From contig CM052832.1 in NCBI GenBank assembly GCA_028534125.1, forward strand, positions 9,798,001 through 9,862,000: a DNA stretch of 64,000 bases. Reading direction: 5' to 3'. The notes under the pieces are model-generated. The model saw nothing but the letters and a program-made list of their open reading frames with translations. It had not been told where the DNA came from and ran no database searches. The translations under genes were made by a program, and so were the position numbers. Positions 1-12,400 of the stretch are shown here, in pieces. The stretch's first letter is position 1; each line of letters opens with the position of its first letter. The stretch is from Lama glama. Taxonomy: Eukaryota.

Positions 1-106
1 ACCAAATCCAGAAGGTTACATTTTCTCAGTTCCCCATTTTACCTACCTCAATCTATGATCACACATGCCATTTCTTACTAGTAAAAAGTTTATATCCATG
101 TTCTAG

Positions 107-1452
107 GTGGTCTGGCCGTAATCACCGAGAGAAGATTGGGGTCCATGTCGTCTTTGACCAGGTATTAACCATGGAACCTTACTGCTGCAGGGACATGCTC
201 TCCTCTCTTGACAAAGAGACCTTTGCCTATGATCTCTCCGCAGTGGTCATGCATCACGGGAAAGGGTTTGGCTCAGGACACTACACAGCCTATTGCTACA
301 ACACAGAGGGAGGTGCGTGCGCTTTACTCTGTGGGGTGGGGGACACGGAAAAGGGTTGGCTTGTCCACATTTCATTCCTTTCCTTTTATTTCATCTATAG
401 GAGGATATTACATTCATTAAAATCCAATGGAAAGAACTATGAAAGATGGATTCCAGTTTTGGATATATCACTAAGTAACAACATGAGATTGTTCTAACAG
501 TTGACAGGAACTAACGTAAATTGCCGAGCGTGGTGCCTAGCGCATAATGGTCAATTAATGTTAGAGGTTGTTGTTATTAACACTTCTGCTGCAGAGCTCA
601 GTTGCCTTCTGGGTTTTGCAGAAACAGTATGACCTATCTAACTTCATGGAGTAAAGCCAAGGACACTTACTGAGCACTGACTGTGTTCTTACGACCTCCC
701 TTACCATGGGAGGTGTAGAGATACAAGGGCCCTTCCCAAGGAACTTGCAGTCCTTGTCCCTCAGAGCAGAGCCTCCCAGCTACTGCACTGAGGCAGGTGG
801 GCTGCGGACATATTTTCAGTTTGTACCCATCTTGAACCCCTCAGACCTTGGCGCAGCCAGAGTAAGCCTGTGAACAAGTAACCCTTTATTCCTTCTAAGT
901 TTCCTTTAGCTCTCCTCTCTATTTAATTTTCCCCTCTCCTCCTCCTCGTCCCATCTCTTAGCCCCCAGTCTTCCATCTTTGTAGAAGGACCTAATGGGCA
1001 GTGAAAAAGCCTGAATGAAATGAGGACAAAAATTTTAGTCACTTGATACTTTAAGCAGTATTGTGGTGGGGTCTGTGCGGTTAAAACCAATGGTTTCAGG
1101 GAAGTCTCCTGGTTTCATCTACTTTTCTCTTCCTTCACCACCACCGATCAAGGGTTGGCTCTGTTCAGAACTCCTCAGTTCCTTTCTTCATCTCCTTGTT
1201 TGCCTGCTGATTGGAAATGTAAGTTGGGTAGTCATTTTCTCTCTTTCATTTGGTTTCCTAGGTTTTTGGGTCCACTGCAATGACTCAAAGCTGAATGTAT
1301 GCAGTGTCGAGGAAGTGTGCAAAACTCAAGCCTACATCCTGTTTTACACTCAAAGAACAGTTCAGGGCAATGCAAGAATCTCAGAAACCCAACTCCAAGC
1401 TCAGGTGCAGTCCAGCAACAACGATGAGGGCAGACCACGGACCTTCCCCTGA
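107..1452 (+). CDS. USP49: Ubiquitin carboxyl-terminal hydrolase 49, last two coding exons (107-312, 1262-1452); 5' part lies outside the window
   Basis: ag|GTGG..GGAG|gt exon encodes [55 protein letters not shown] (USP His box). It splices in phase to [35 protein letters not shown] (TGA 1450-1452). Confidence 0.96.
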
Positions 1453-4400
1453 TGGGAGGCACGTATCAAGGACTGGCTTGCTTTTAAACCACTGGTGTCT
1501 GTACGTCTTTCCTCTTACAGGAAATAAGGTTTGCTGCAGGAACAGATTACTAGATTTGCCTCACTGGCTCTAGAGCAGAAGGTGCCAGGTGACTATGTCC
1601 TATTGTAAAATTTGTAGTCACTTTCTTTTAAATGGGTTTAGAAATCCCCTCCTTTGATAAAACGAGTCAAAAGGAGTAACTTCTATGAAGATTCATCAGT
1701 TGTTTCTGAATATAGAGGGATCTGGGTGGAGGAAGGAGGGAGTAAATTGGTCATATCCAGCCGTGTTTTCTTTCTATTACGTGATTCCCCTGCTAATCAG
1801 GACTCCTTGCAGCACCAGAAGAACCCTCCTGATGTGAGCAGCCCTCGACAGAGCACATGAGGAGGGGCCCTGGGCTGGCAGCTTGCTGGATAGGATTGAT
1901 TCCAAGGCTAGAGGTGAAGTCTAAGGATTTGTTCCTACAAAGGAAGTAGCCCTCAAGGGTGAAAACTCGCAGACTTCCTTTTTTAGGGGATAGCAGCTGA
2001 AGAGTGGAATGAGATGCATGGAGCAAATTTCCCCATGCAGAATGGGAGCTTTTTCGTGTGTCATACTCTCCCTGGCTGCTGCCATCAATCATTTCGAATC
2101 TTCTGAGACTGGCATGAATATCCCTTCGTCCTAAAGGAGTTCATATGGGGAAGCAATAAACTAGTACCTGACGTGTTCTCTGTGGCATGCTGAGCCTCAG
2201 AGCACTCCTGGCTACCCAGTTCTGTAGCAAATCCCTGGTTCAGGTCTAGGGCAAGCACATAATTTGATTTAAATTGGTCTTTATGTCAGTTGTCTAAGGC
2301 TTTCCCAGAACTCAGCTGGGGGGCGGGGCTGCCGGTAGTCCACGGCCTATATAAATGCCTGTCACCCATTCTCACCCTGGTACAGCATACAGCTTGTCTT
2401 AGCCTGCAGCTTATTTCTTGCACCAGGAAGGCTAGAACATCCTTGTTCACAAGGTGTGGGAGCTTTTGCTTTCCTAAGGCTTAGGAATCTGCCTCCCATA
2501 TGTCTGAACAGTTTATTGCCTATGGCCTTGGCCTGTTTCCTCCCAAATATGCTAACCTCTACTGTTCCTTTACCCATCCACACTCAATCCATCAGAGAAA
2601 AAAGCGAGAGTGCCCTGTCCTTAATTCCAGTGCTAGTAAAATATATCTTTTTTAAATGGGTCAGTTTCTAAGTGGCACGAATTTGCCCAGATGGAAACCT
2701 TCTGCCCCATCAGGCACCACTGAATTTTTCCTTCTCAGTCCTTTGCTTAGACTCACCAGTAAAAGTGAATGCAAGCCGTAACTCTGATTGTGGGGGTGCG
2801 CAGCCCGCCTCAGCCTGTCACTCGGAACGCTCATCTTTTGACTGAGTATATCATATTAATATTTCAATTCAGGTAGAAGTACAGTTGCCACTTGAAGGGA
2901 GTAGATGTGAAGGGAGTTTGGGGAGGGTTGGGAAGTTGGGGGAAAGAGAGGCTAAAGAATGAGGGTTGTAGCTTTAGCTGTGTTAAGGAACCACATTTCC
3001 CAAGCAAATCTGTAGCATTTGCTGTTGACCTCTTTTGAGATGAACGCTCCCATGGGACCTGCCTGACAGCACTGAGACTTGGAGGAAATCAGACAGAAAA
3101 TGGCTCACCCTGATAAGGGGAGTGACTATATTTTAAATTAAACTTGCTTTTTCCAACACTGTGAGGTTTCTGTAATGTTTAGCTTTTATTTGGAAGCGAT
3201 AGCGTATGGCATTTTTTATGCTGTTTGGTTTATATGGTCTACTGCAGGCTTCTTTCTACAAGCTTGGCCCGGGCTCACCCTCACCTGGACACTGTTTTAA
3301 AGTGTCACAGCTGCCCGCACGCCAGAGACTCTGATGTGAAGCTATAATCTCTAGATCTACATTTTTAAGTCGGCATGATTGGTGATGACTGTTTGTGGCA
3401 ATAGAAAAGCCCATTAATTCAAAAAAAATTTTTTTACAATTTTATACAAAAAAACCCAAGGAGAGTAAAAAAGGAAAGGAAAATATAAATTGTGCCTCAT
3501 CTTTCATTGAATGCTATATTTGTTATTCTAGAAAAAGAGAACTTACAAATGGAGAAGTACTAATAGAGCATCTACTTCATCCCTCAGGCTGTCCAGGGGG
3601 AAATACTTAAGAAAAATAAACATTTAATGGAAAATTAAAAGATCTTCAATTTAATTTTTAAAAATAGTTTTATACCAAGTATTAAGGATTATTAAGCAGA
3701 CCAAGAACTTTGTAAAGTGCTTAACTTAGATGAGCACCCATGTGTCAAATTAATAAAATTGTTTAAAATGAGTTGGAGTAGAAACCAGCATCAGAGTCCT
3801 CAATGAGCTGCACACACTTGAAGGTGTCCCTGCAGTCAGACACCTCAGGTACCCAGAGGCAGCAGCACTAGACGCTGTTGGGAAGTTAGTATTTATGGAG
3901 ATTTTTATTAAAGAGTTCCCTGCTGCATAAGCCAATGGCTGTTGTGAGGGAAATGTCCCTTTGCCTTTAATTTATTTACATATTGGAAGTAGATGAATTT
4001 CTTAGTTGCAGCTTACTGTAAGTCAGAACATTCTAAAGAGAAGAGAGAACCAGGTAGAAGTTGACTAGATGCTGCCAAATCAAACCCAAGATCTCCTAAC
4101 TGAACCTTATGGGCCTGCTTCTCTCCCAGGCAAGTAGTTCTAGGAACTCTTTGTAGTTGGCTGGTGTGTTTACTTCCTGCTGTAGCCAGCCAAGACGAAT
4201 GCACCCTGGCCCTCAAAAAGGATTTTACCTCAATCTAGCTTGACCCTCATGCTTGTAGTTGCCTCTGAGATGAGCATCCGTGCTAGTGTTTAAAAAAAAA
4301 AAAAGGAAAAGAAAAAATTAAGGCATGCCCCTCAACAGCCAGGAACTGAAGCTCTTATTAAATGGTAGGCAGACTTCTTGCCTGCTTTGATCCAGTCCCT

Positions 4401-7400
4401 CTCAGGCTGAGGGGGGCAGTGCCACACTGTAAAAAATTTCCAGATGTCTCTTAAAAGTGTCATGAATAAAATTGGAAACTGTAGAAGTGTTAATGCGTCC
4501 TATGGACTCAATAGCAGAGTTTATTTTTGTTTTTAATGGCAAGGCTTCTAGAGCCAGTGATTGTATGAGTTCCCCACTCTTGGCTATGCTTACAGTTCCA
4601 TCCAAGTGCAAGAACTAATGAGGTGGGTTGGCTGGCCATGGGGCATGGCCCTAGCCAGACCAGCATAAACCTGAGAGAGGTCGACAGTAGTGCAGAATGA
4701 AAACTTGGTTGGGTGTGGGGGGTGGGATGTGGGTGGGCAGGGAGGGAAAAATGGAATTTGTTTTACTTACTGATAAAGCTTTGTGAACTAATTTTATACA
4801 ATTCATAAAATTTGGTGCCTTGTACCCAGTTATGGTTTGCATGGGATTTAAAAGATTAAGGGAAAGGATTCTTTCTTGTCATTTCAAGTGGCAAATGGGT
4901 CTGTATAGTATAAAGGACATATATCAGACTTTGTAAAAGCACTTCATATCTCGTGTGTGAAAGCAAATTATTCTTACCAGCACGTTCTGAAATTTTACTG
5001 TAATGTCCAAAATCTGTATTTGATTATTCAGCAGATGTCTCCTTTTCAAGGCAGACTATATACCCCATTCTTTCTCACCACCCCTTTTATGTTCCAAACA
5101 TTAACTCAGGCCTTTTTAAATCAGGCTGGGAGGGCTACCCCTTCCTAAACGTGTATGTATCCCTGTCTGGGGTTATAGCTTATGAATGGAAGGATTGCTT
5201 TTTCTAGCTGGTTGGGAGAGCACAAATGTTGAGAAAAAGGTCTTTTAGTTTTTCTAATGCTGAACAACTTATGGTAGAAGTCAAACAAAAATGGTTCCTC
5301 CTGAAGTGGTACCTTCCTTAGTTCTGAAGTTCTTTTGCACAAAATTTCAGGAAGCAGAGTAGAACATAATCCCCAATATGTGAACCTTTAGATTGTAAAG
5401 CAAACCAGTACACTGTGTAATATGCAGGAGAGAAGGTTCGAAGACTGTGTGCCAGCCCCCCAGCCCTGCTCCCTGGCAGGTGCTGACGGGTGTTGTGCTG
5501 AGTGGCTGTGGAAGAGCAGACCCAGCCTGCTAACCTGCAGAGCTGTAAACACAGCATGTTCCTTTCACCCCCAATGTAAGATTTCCACTGAGCTCGAGAC
5601 TTCACCAAAGGATGTTTAAAAAGCTCACCACTCAAAGCACATTTGATAATTGGGTTCCTCAGCCTAATTACTGACCTAATTAGGCGAGGCAGTTATATCT
5701 TTGGAATAAAACCTCCCTTGGCCTCTTAGATTTTTACTGGGTAAGCGTGCATCTCTCTGGTGATTCAGATTCTTTTTTGAAGTTAGTACTAAAGCTGAAA
5801 ATGACTAAATATGACTGTGAGTTTAGTTAGTATCTTCCATGTTTAAATTAACCTTTTTCTTGGTCTACGGCTTTGACTTTAACCACTGTACTCATTCAAC
5901 CCACATAGTGCTCTAAATACACCATGGCTACTAGAGCACTGAGGCCAATGGTCATTTTTGAGGACTCTTTCCATATTTACTTCTGCTGGCATGTTTCTAT
6001 TTCAGATCTAACTAGGTAAGAGATGTCATAGTACTGTGTTAACTAGTCTGGGCTAAACACCGAATGAAACAATGTAAAACTGACTTCCTTTGAAGAGAAA
6101 TGTCATGTGCTGAAACAGTAAAAGCCAGCACATTAATTTACAGAATCAGTGATTATTCATCAGAATTTTTGAAAACTGTTGATTCGGTAGCTTTATCTGC
6201 TAAATTCTTATCACTTTCGGGAATTAAGCCAATGTAAATGAAACTTTACCTTGCTAGTTTTATGGCTTTATAAACCAACCAACAGTAACACTGTTACTTG
6301 AAGCTAAAACATTTGAGTGAAATTTGAATGCTTTTGGAAGCTGCCATGTCTTAATCTTGGTCAGATTTTGATTTTTAGCTTTGAAATTTTTTTTATCAAA
6401 TAGAACTGTTCACAGTTTTGAGAGCAGGTAGCAGACTTCAAGGATGTAAGTTTCATTCTTATAAAGAATAAGAAGTGCTGGCATTTTGTCTTAGCAGTGG
6501 TGTCATGCAGGCTGAAGGGGCTTTTGGGTCTGTTAGGGCTTAAAAGTTTCCTTCTTGGTCACCATTTCAAACCTAAGCCTTGCTTCATATGTGTTACCCT
6601 TCCTCATCTTAACAACCCAGTAAGATATAAACCTGTCAGAGCATCTGTTACCCCCATGCAGACCCTTAAAGGATCTTGCCTTCATGTTAAGCCAGACACA
6701 GGCCTGAATTCACACAAGCTCAAACTCCCTCCTAACAAATGCTGATAAATGCTCATAGAGAATGTGCTTTTCTTTAACATATAAAAAAGATCTAATTCTC
6801 TTAACAGCTTTCTTAATCAGATTTATGCCAGCAGGGTCAAGAAGGACCATTTTATCCTATTTACCTTTAGCGAACAGATAGCTAGACAGTATCTGTCAAA
6901 TGTTAACAATAGGCTACTGTGGTGCATTTTTACTGATCCTCCTTTCCATTTCATGTCCTTTAATCCCACACCAGTTCCATGGGAGACTCAGCACGCAAAG
7001 GCAGTATGTACTTTTTTAAATGCCTCAAAGCACAAATCAACTAGAAAAAATTGCCAAGGGGAGCCTGTTTCTATGTCCACACCTTTCTAAGCCTACATGA
7101 TTCTAGGTCAGTTCCTTACATAATCCACTTCCAAAGAACCCAATTCCTGGACAGTGGCATCACCACAAAAAAACTTAGGGTCAGAAAACATCTATTTCCT
7201 TGTGAAGGAAGCAGCTTCCTCAAGCGGTGTTACTTTAATGCCCACTGCCCAGGCTTACCTTGCCTCCACCTGCACATCACTGCCCTCAAAGCCCACCGTA
7301 TTACAGGGACAATACCTCCCTGGTGCCTGGAAAACCCACCTGGTGCACTAAAATGCTATGCAACACCAAATGGCTTCTTCCCTTAGTACTACTCAAAAAT

Positions 7401-7660
7401 GGAAATTCCTCCAGAATAAGCTTCATCCTATGTTAACATCAACATATGGTGGCTACAGTTTGTTTCTGTTTTTTATTTTTTTTTAAACGTGAAGCAAACC
7501 ATTTCTGTTACAATCCATATTTGGGGGCTTGTTCCTGTCTCTTTTTTGAGTGTGAAATATAAATCATCTTTTTATGATTTTTGTAAATCTTGACTTTTTA
7601 CACCTTGTTTTTGTAAGCCGAAGTTTCTTATTAAAAGAATAAAATGGCTATCTTGGTGTA
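1453..7660 (+). other. USP49: USP49 long 3' UTR
   Basis: AT-rich, repeat-poor sequence after the stop. AATAAA at 2155, 3615, 3752, 4465 and 5705, with a distal ATTAAA/AATAAA pair at 7630/7638 abutting TOMM6. Confidence 0.65.
7638..7643 (+). terminator. Putative distal poly(A) signal of USP49
   Basis: AATAAA preceded by U-rich and TGTA elements. Confidence 0.6.
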
Positions 7661-7665
7661 CAGTC

Positions 7666-7671
7666 TTTATT
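7666..7671 (-). terminator. Putative poly(A) signal of TOMM6
   Basis: TTTATT on + strand = AATAAA on - strand at the end of the TOMM6 3' UTR exon. Confidence 0.7.
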
Positions 7672-8185
7672 TCAGATATTTGTTAAAATACCATTAGATT
7701 ATTCCTCAGGGCCAGAGCAAAGATCATCCCCTGCAAAAACTTAGGAACTATGTACAGAATTTTACAGAACAGAGGACAACACTTTAGCTGAAGCCTGCCT
7801 ACCGACCAGTGAAGGGTGTTCTGAGTGGACTCAGCAAAGAAAAGGAAATCAGGCAGGGAAGGAAATCAAACTTCAGCTGTCATCAGGGCAAGTCTTGTGA
7901 TGGTCACAATTGGAGGCTGTTTTTGGAAGGTTCGGGTACAGCACAGGGGTTCCGTGTGTCTGCAATCAAACAGGTGGCGTTAGAAATGTAAAATCACTGG
8001 AGGGAAATTGTTAAGAGACTCAAATACCTTGCAACATCTGGAAACACATTTAACTAGGAATAGCCAAGGGTTTTACATCAAGTCTCCTTCCTATTATTTT
8101 GTGAATAGTTGATATAAATTATTTCTTCTCGCAGCTTCTAGGACTCCTAACACAGGCAGACAGTGGTTAGTACTTACCTTTATGG

Positions 8186-8903
8186 TTACACCCCTGGCTG
8201 AGGTGCCATTAGGTCAATGTCACTCAAATTCCTGGCCAGCCAGACTCCCGCAGCAAAGAGCCCCAAATTGAGGATTAAGTTCCTGAAAAAAAGAATGCAT
8301 TCCATTAACCCTGAGTCACATGTCTTTGGTTAACAACCATACTGGGGGGAAAACCTTCCCAAGGCAAAAAACACTTTAGAATTTCAGGAGCGTCGATCGT
8401 GCAGAGCAGGTTGCTCAAGACCCACGTGACTATTCAGCGTTCATTTCTATGTCTACTAAGAGCAGGATCAAATGCAAAGGCCAATCAAACATTCGTCCAG
8501 GGCCTGTTTACCGTTGACGTCCCCTCTCCACCCGGGGTCCCGGTGGTCTGGGTAAGATTCTCTAGACAGAACCTAGGGACAGAAAAGAGCTTTGGCCGCA
8601 GGGGAACTCTCCCGGTCAAGGACCTCGGCAAAGCACAACCAGAGCCACTAGGTGGCAAGATGTTGGCAGTATAAAAAATCCTGAGGGGCCAGCCTCGGCG
8701 AAGAAGGGAATTTGAGAGGTTGTGTATGTGGGCGCGAAGGACCAAAGAGGGTCCGAACTCCAGGGCTTTGGTTACCTCCGGAAGTCATTCCTATCCGTAG
8801 CGAAGCGGTAGACGCCCCGAAGCCAATCTCCCACGTTGTCTGGAATTTCTGGAGCTTCATTTGCCGAGGCCGCAGTGTTCACGCTGACGCCGCTGGAAGC
8901 CAT
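8186..8903 (-). CDS. TOMM6: Mitochondrial import receptor subunit TOM6 (coding exons 8903-8776, 8282-8186; 3' UTR exon ~7959-7650)
   Basis: Spliced 74 aa product MASSGVSVNTAASANEAPEIPDNVGDWLRGVYRFATDRNDFRRNLILNLGLFAAGVWLARNLSDIDLMAPQPGV*. Canonical GT/AG sites; a further donor lies 8 nt after the stop (exon ends 8178). Confidence 0.96.
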
Positions 8904-8939
8904 AGCAGAACTCCGCGCTCCGCAAGGCCTCTCACCACG

Positions 8940-9140
8940 CACTGTGTCCGCGCCGGCGGATCACGCAACTTCCGGTCTCGCACTTCCGCCGGCTACCAGC
9001 CGGCAGAGGACGCGGTGGCTCGAACTGGGTCCCACCACCAGGAGGGATGGAGCGCCGCCCTGCTCCACCGTCCCCTGGTCGGGTTCCACCTCCGGCTCCC
9101 TCCAGGCCTTCGGCTTGCTCACCCGATCACCGTTACACGT
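8940..9140 (-). promoter_or_regulatory. TOMM6 CpG-rich promoter with tandem ETS/GABP sites
   Basis: ACTTCCGG 8968-8975 and CACTTCCG 8981-8988 just upstream of the ATG; CpG dense; typical of nuclear-encoded mitochondrial genes. Confidence 0.65.
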
Positions 9141-9463
9141 GGTCTCTCAGTGATCACTTCATTGGCTCAGGAGGAGGATGCTGGGGATGTGGCTGCCCAG
9201 CCTATGGGGTTGGGTAGGGGCTCATTCAGCAGAGGATGCATAGCTTTGGGGAATGGGGTTCCCCAATAGAGTCTCCATGAAAAGTCAGAGTCATAGCGCG
9301 GGCTGAAAGGAAACACTCCAACTTTGTCATCTCTCCGCCTCCCCCAGCCATGACCTTGACGGTGTTCAGTATAGGAATTTTACAGAGGGAGGAGAGCTCT
9401 CGCCTTACAGATCACATGCCCTGCCCCCAGCTCCCCCAACCCTCTTTTCTCCGGGCTGCGCCA

Positions 9464-12400
9464 CTAGCAAATGGTGCAATGCTTCCTGGAGGTGTCGCTG
9501 TCCCTAGTTTGGAGACTTCTGGAGGTCTCCCAGGGCCCAGGAAGGCGCTGGCCTAAGAAAAACCCTTCGGGTTCCGATTCAGAGGAAGAGGAGCAAGTGG
9601 GGCAGGGGGCGTCCTCCTTGGGATCAAGGGGCGTCTCCAGAAAGCCCTGCTCTTGTCCTTTGGGTGCCTCCGCCTGGTCCCCAGCTCGACACTCCTGCCC
9701 CGGGCTGGATCCAAGCATTCCCCTCCGGGTTTCCAAACCGGAGCTGGCGGCCGTGGCGAAAAGGGCTGCCCGGGAGATGGTCGCGGCGTTCCGCGAGTCA
9801 CGTTCCCCGACTTCAGCTCTGCCGAGCCCCGCCTCCCCTGTTCCAGGCCGGGTCAGAAACGCTCATCTAAGACCTGAGTTTCCTCCTCCCAGACCCCGGC
9901 GAGACCGCCGCGAGAAGCCAGTCCCAGTCGGGGACCAGCCTCCTGCCCCGCCCCCGGGCCGTGCGCGCCGCCGCCGCCGCGGCGAGTCCTCTTCCCCCTC
10001 CCCGCCCCTCCCCTCCCCTCCCCTCCCCTCCTCCGCCCACCAGAGGGCGGCCGCGGCCCCAGCGAGTCCGCGCCGCAGCCCCAACTGCGGCGTAGGGTGG
10101 GTTCGGGAGGCCCTTGGAGCGCTCCGGCCAGGGACGCGCGGTGAGAGCTGCGGGCCCCAAGGCTCGGGTCTGGGGGTGCGGTGGGGGGACGGGGCCGCTG
10201 CTGGAGGGGCGGGACGGCGTGGGACCGGGGCGAGGGTCCCAGCCCGGGAGAACCCCCTCCTCAGCCCAGCCCAAGCCGCTGCCCCCCCTCCCCTTTGCAC
10301 CTTTTCCTCTCTTACCCGGGGACGCCCTGCCTTCCAGCATCGGGTCCGGGCTCGAGCCGGCATTCGAATAGCGACTCTCAAAGCAGCTGGGGCAGCAGGG
10401 GCCGCCCCCCGGCAGGGCATAGCGTCCCCCGCCCAAGGGCCCGGCGCAGTCCTGGCAGCAGAAGTGGTTCTCGTGCCAGCGCCGTCCCTCCGCCTGGGTG
10501 CAGCGCCGGGAGAAGATCAGCTGGGAAAGGGAGAGGGGAACGGTTCATTCATTCATTCACACATTCATTCATCCATCCAGTAACTACGCCTTATACCCAG
10601 TTAACGCTGAAGCACGTCTACAGACATTCCCATTTGATCTACTCAACCACTCTCAGAGACAGGGAGGGCTGATTGGTTTAGCAGGATCCCCCAGCTAGCA
10701 GGTGGCACAGCCTGAAGAAGTGCGACCCGGGTCTCCTGGATGCCCAGGGTTGTGTGCTGCCTCCTGTGTGGACATTAAGAGAGCTCCTCGCAGAAGCAGG
10801 CACAGCACTGGGCAGCCGGCATACTGAGATGAACATCTGTCCAAGAGTCCCTGCTCTGGGGAAATTCTCTCAGTCCAAGAAAATTTGGGAGACTCTGGCT
10901 TGCAGTGGGGGAAGGCACAAAGGCAACGGGTCCCACGTTCCCAGAGCTCAAGTCAGAGCAAGGGGAATATGAAGGTCCCAGGCTAGTTCCTAGTTCTCTG
11001 TACCCCACTGCGTGGTACTGGAAGAGGCTCCCTTTACATCTCCCCGCGTGGGACCTTGGGCAGACCTCCTCCAACCCCTCCCAGGTCGTACCTGGTCACA
11101 AGCTGGGCAGCGAGGCCGCAGCAGCTCTGCGTGATGACGGCCACAGTAGAGACGCCCATCGTGGTAGAAGTAGATGAGGTTTATCAGGGTCTGGCCACAG
11201 GCCTGGCAGGCAAAGCAAGCCCGGTGCCAGCAGCGCTGCTCTCCTGCCCGTGCTGCGAACACTCCGTACTCTCCTGGCCTCAGCTGCTCCCTGCACTGCT
11301 GGGTGAGGGTGTTGGGCTGGTCAGAGGCCGCATGGCACCGCACCGCACCGCACCGCACCACCCTCCTACCTTCCCTCCTGGCTCTTTCATCACAACCCCA
11401 ACCTAACTCTTCTCCCCATACCTCTGGCAAGCCCAACTCCACTGCAGGCTCCACCAAGAACCCCTAAACTTGATTTCCATTTTTCCTAAAGTTTGCCAAA
11501 CTGTCGATCCCCAAACCCTTTTCCCCCTCCAGAGTCCCAGAAGCCAGCCCTTTCTGCAGAAGAGGGCAAAGAGAGGAGGAAAGGAAATATGGGGGGGGGG
11601 CACTACATACCTTTTCACAAATGCATTCTTCAAGCTTGGGAGGTACCAGGCGGGCCACCCCCTGTCCCAGGGCCTCCCGCCTCCTCTGGGCACAGAAGAG
11701 CCGGAGCTCAGCCAGCTCCTCCTCCCCAAGGGCCAGGCAGTAGCGCTCCTGCAGAAATAGGTGTCCACTGTGACTGGGAGAGCCCCAACAGGCAAGACTG
11801 AAGTTTGACTGGAGAGAGAAGGTTTAGCTGCTGGGTCAACGGAAGGTTGTAAAAACTTGGAGAGGTGCAGGAGATAACAGCCCAGAAGGACACTGAGAAG
11901 GAGAGGGAAAGACTTACTGGACTAAAGTCCACCTCAGTCTCACTCCCACCCACAGGAATGGTCATCATTCAGGTCCTGACAGCCCTACCGCACTTAGATC
12001 CTGGCTCCCAATGAGCTGTAGCTCAATATCACCTCCCACTGTATTTTCCTTCTTTCTTCCATATTCTCCGGCCTGTCCCCCAATTCAACTGTAAGCCTTT
12101 AGGCTGGGCATACATAGGGCCTCAATAAATACTTAACAACCATTCTTTCTACATTTGTACATTCCATTATCGGTTTCAAAAGCTGTTCATGTCCATTTTC
12201 TCATTTGCTCTTCAACTAAGCATTGTGGTGGGCAGAGCCGATGTTGCTGCATCCATTACATAGATCTGACAACTCAGGCTGCGGGTGGGGATGAATTCCC
12301 CCAGTTAGGCCTTAAATCCATATCCCCTGACTTCTGGACCAAACTTCTTCCCATAGTAAGTAAAGAGAGGGAGGCAAGAGAGAAAAGCTGGGGGTAGAGA

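Noticed and set aside
9471..10583. 370-aa + strand ORF
   Set aside because: Antisense to PRICKLE4 exons across a CpG island; low-complexity Pro/Arg/Ala/Gly product typical of stop-poor GC-rich DNA.
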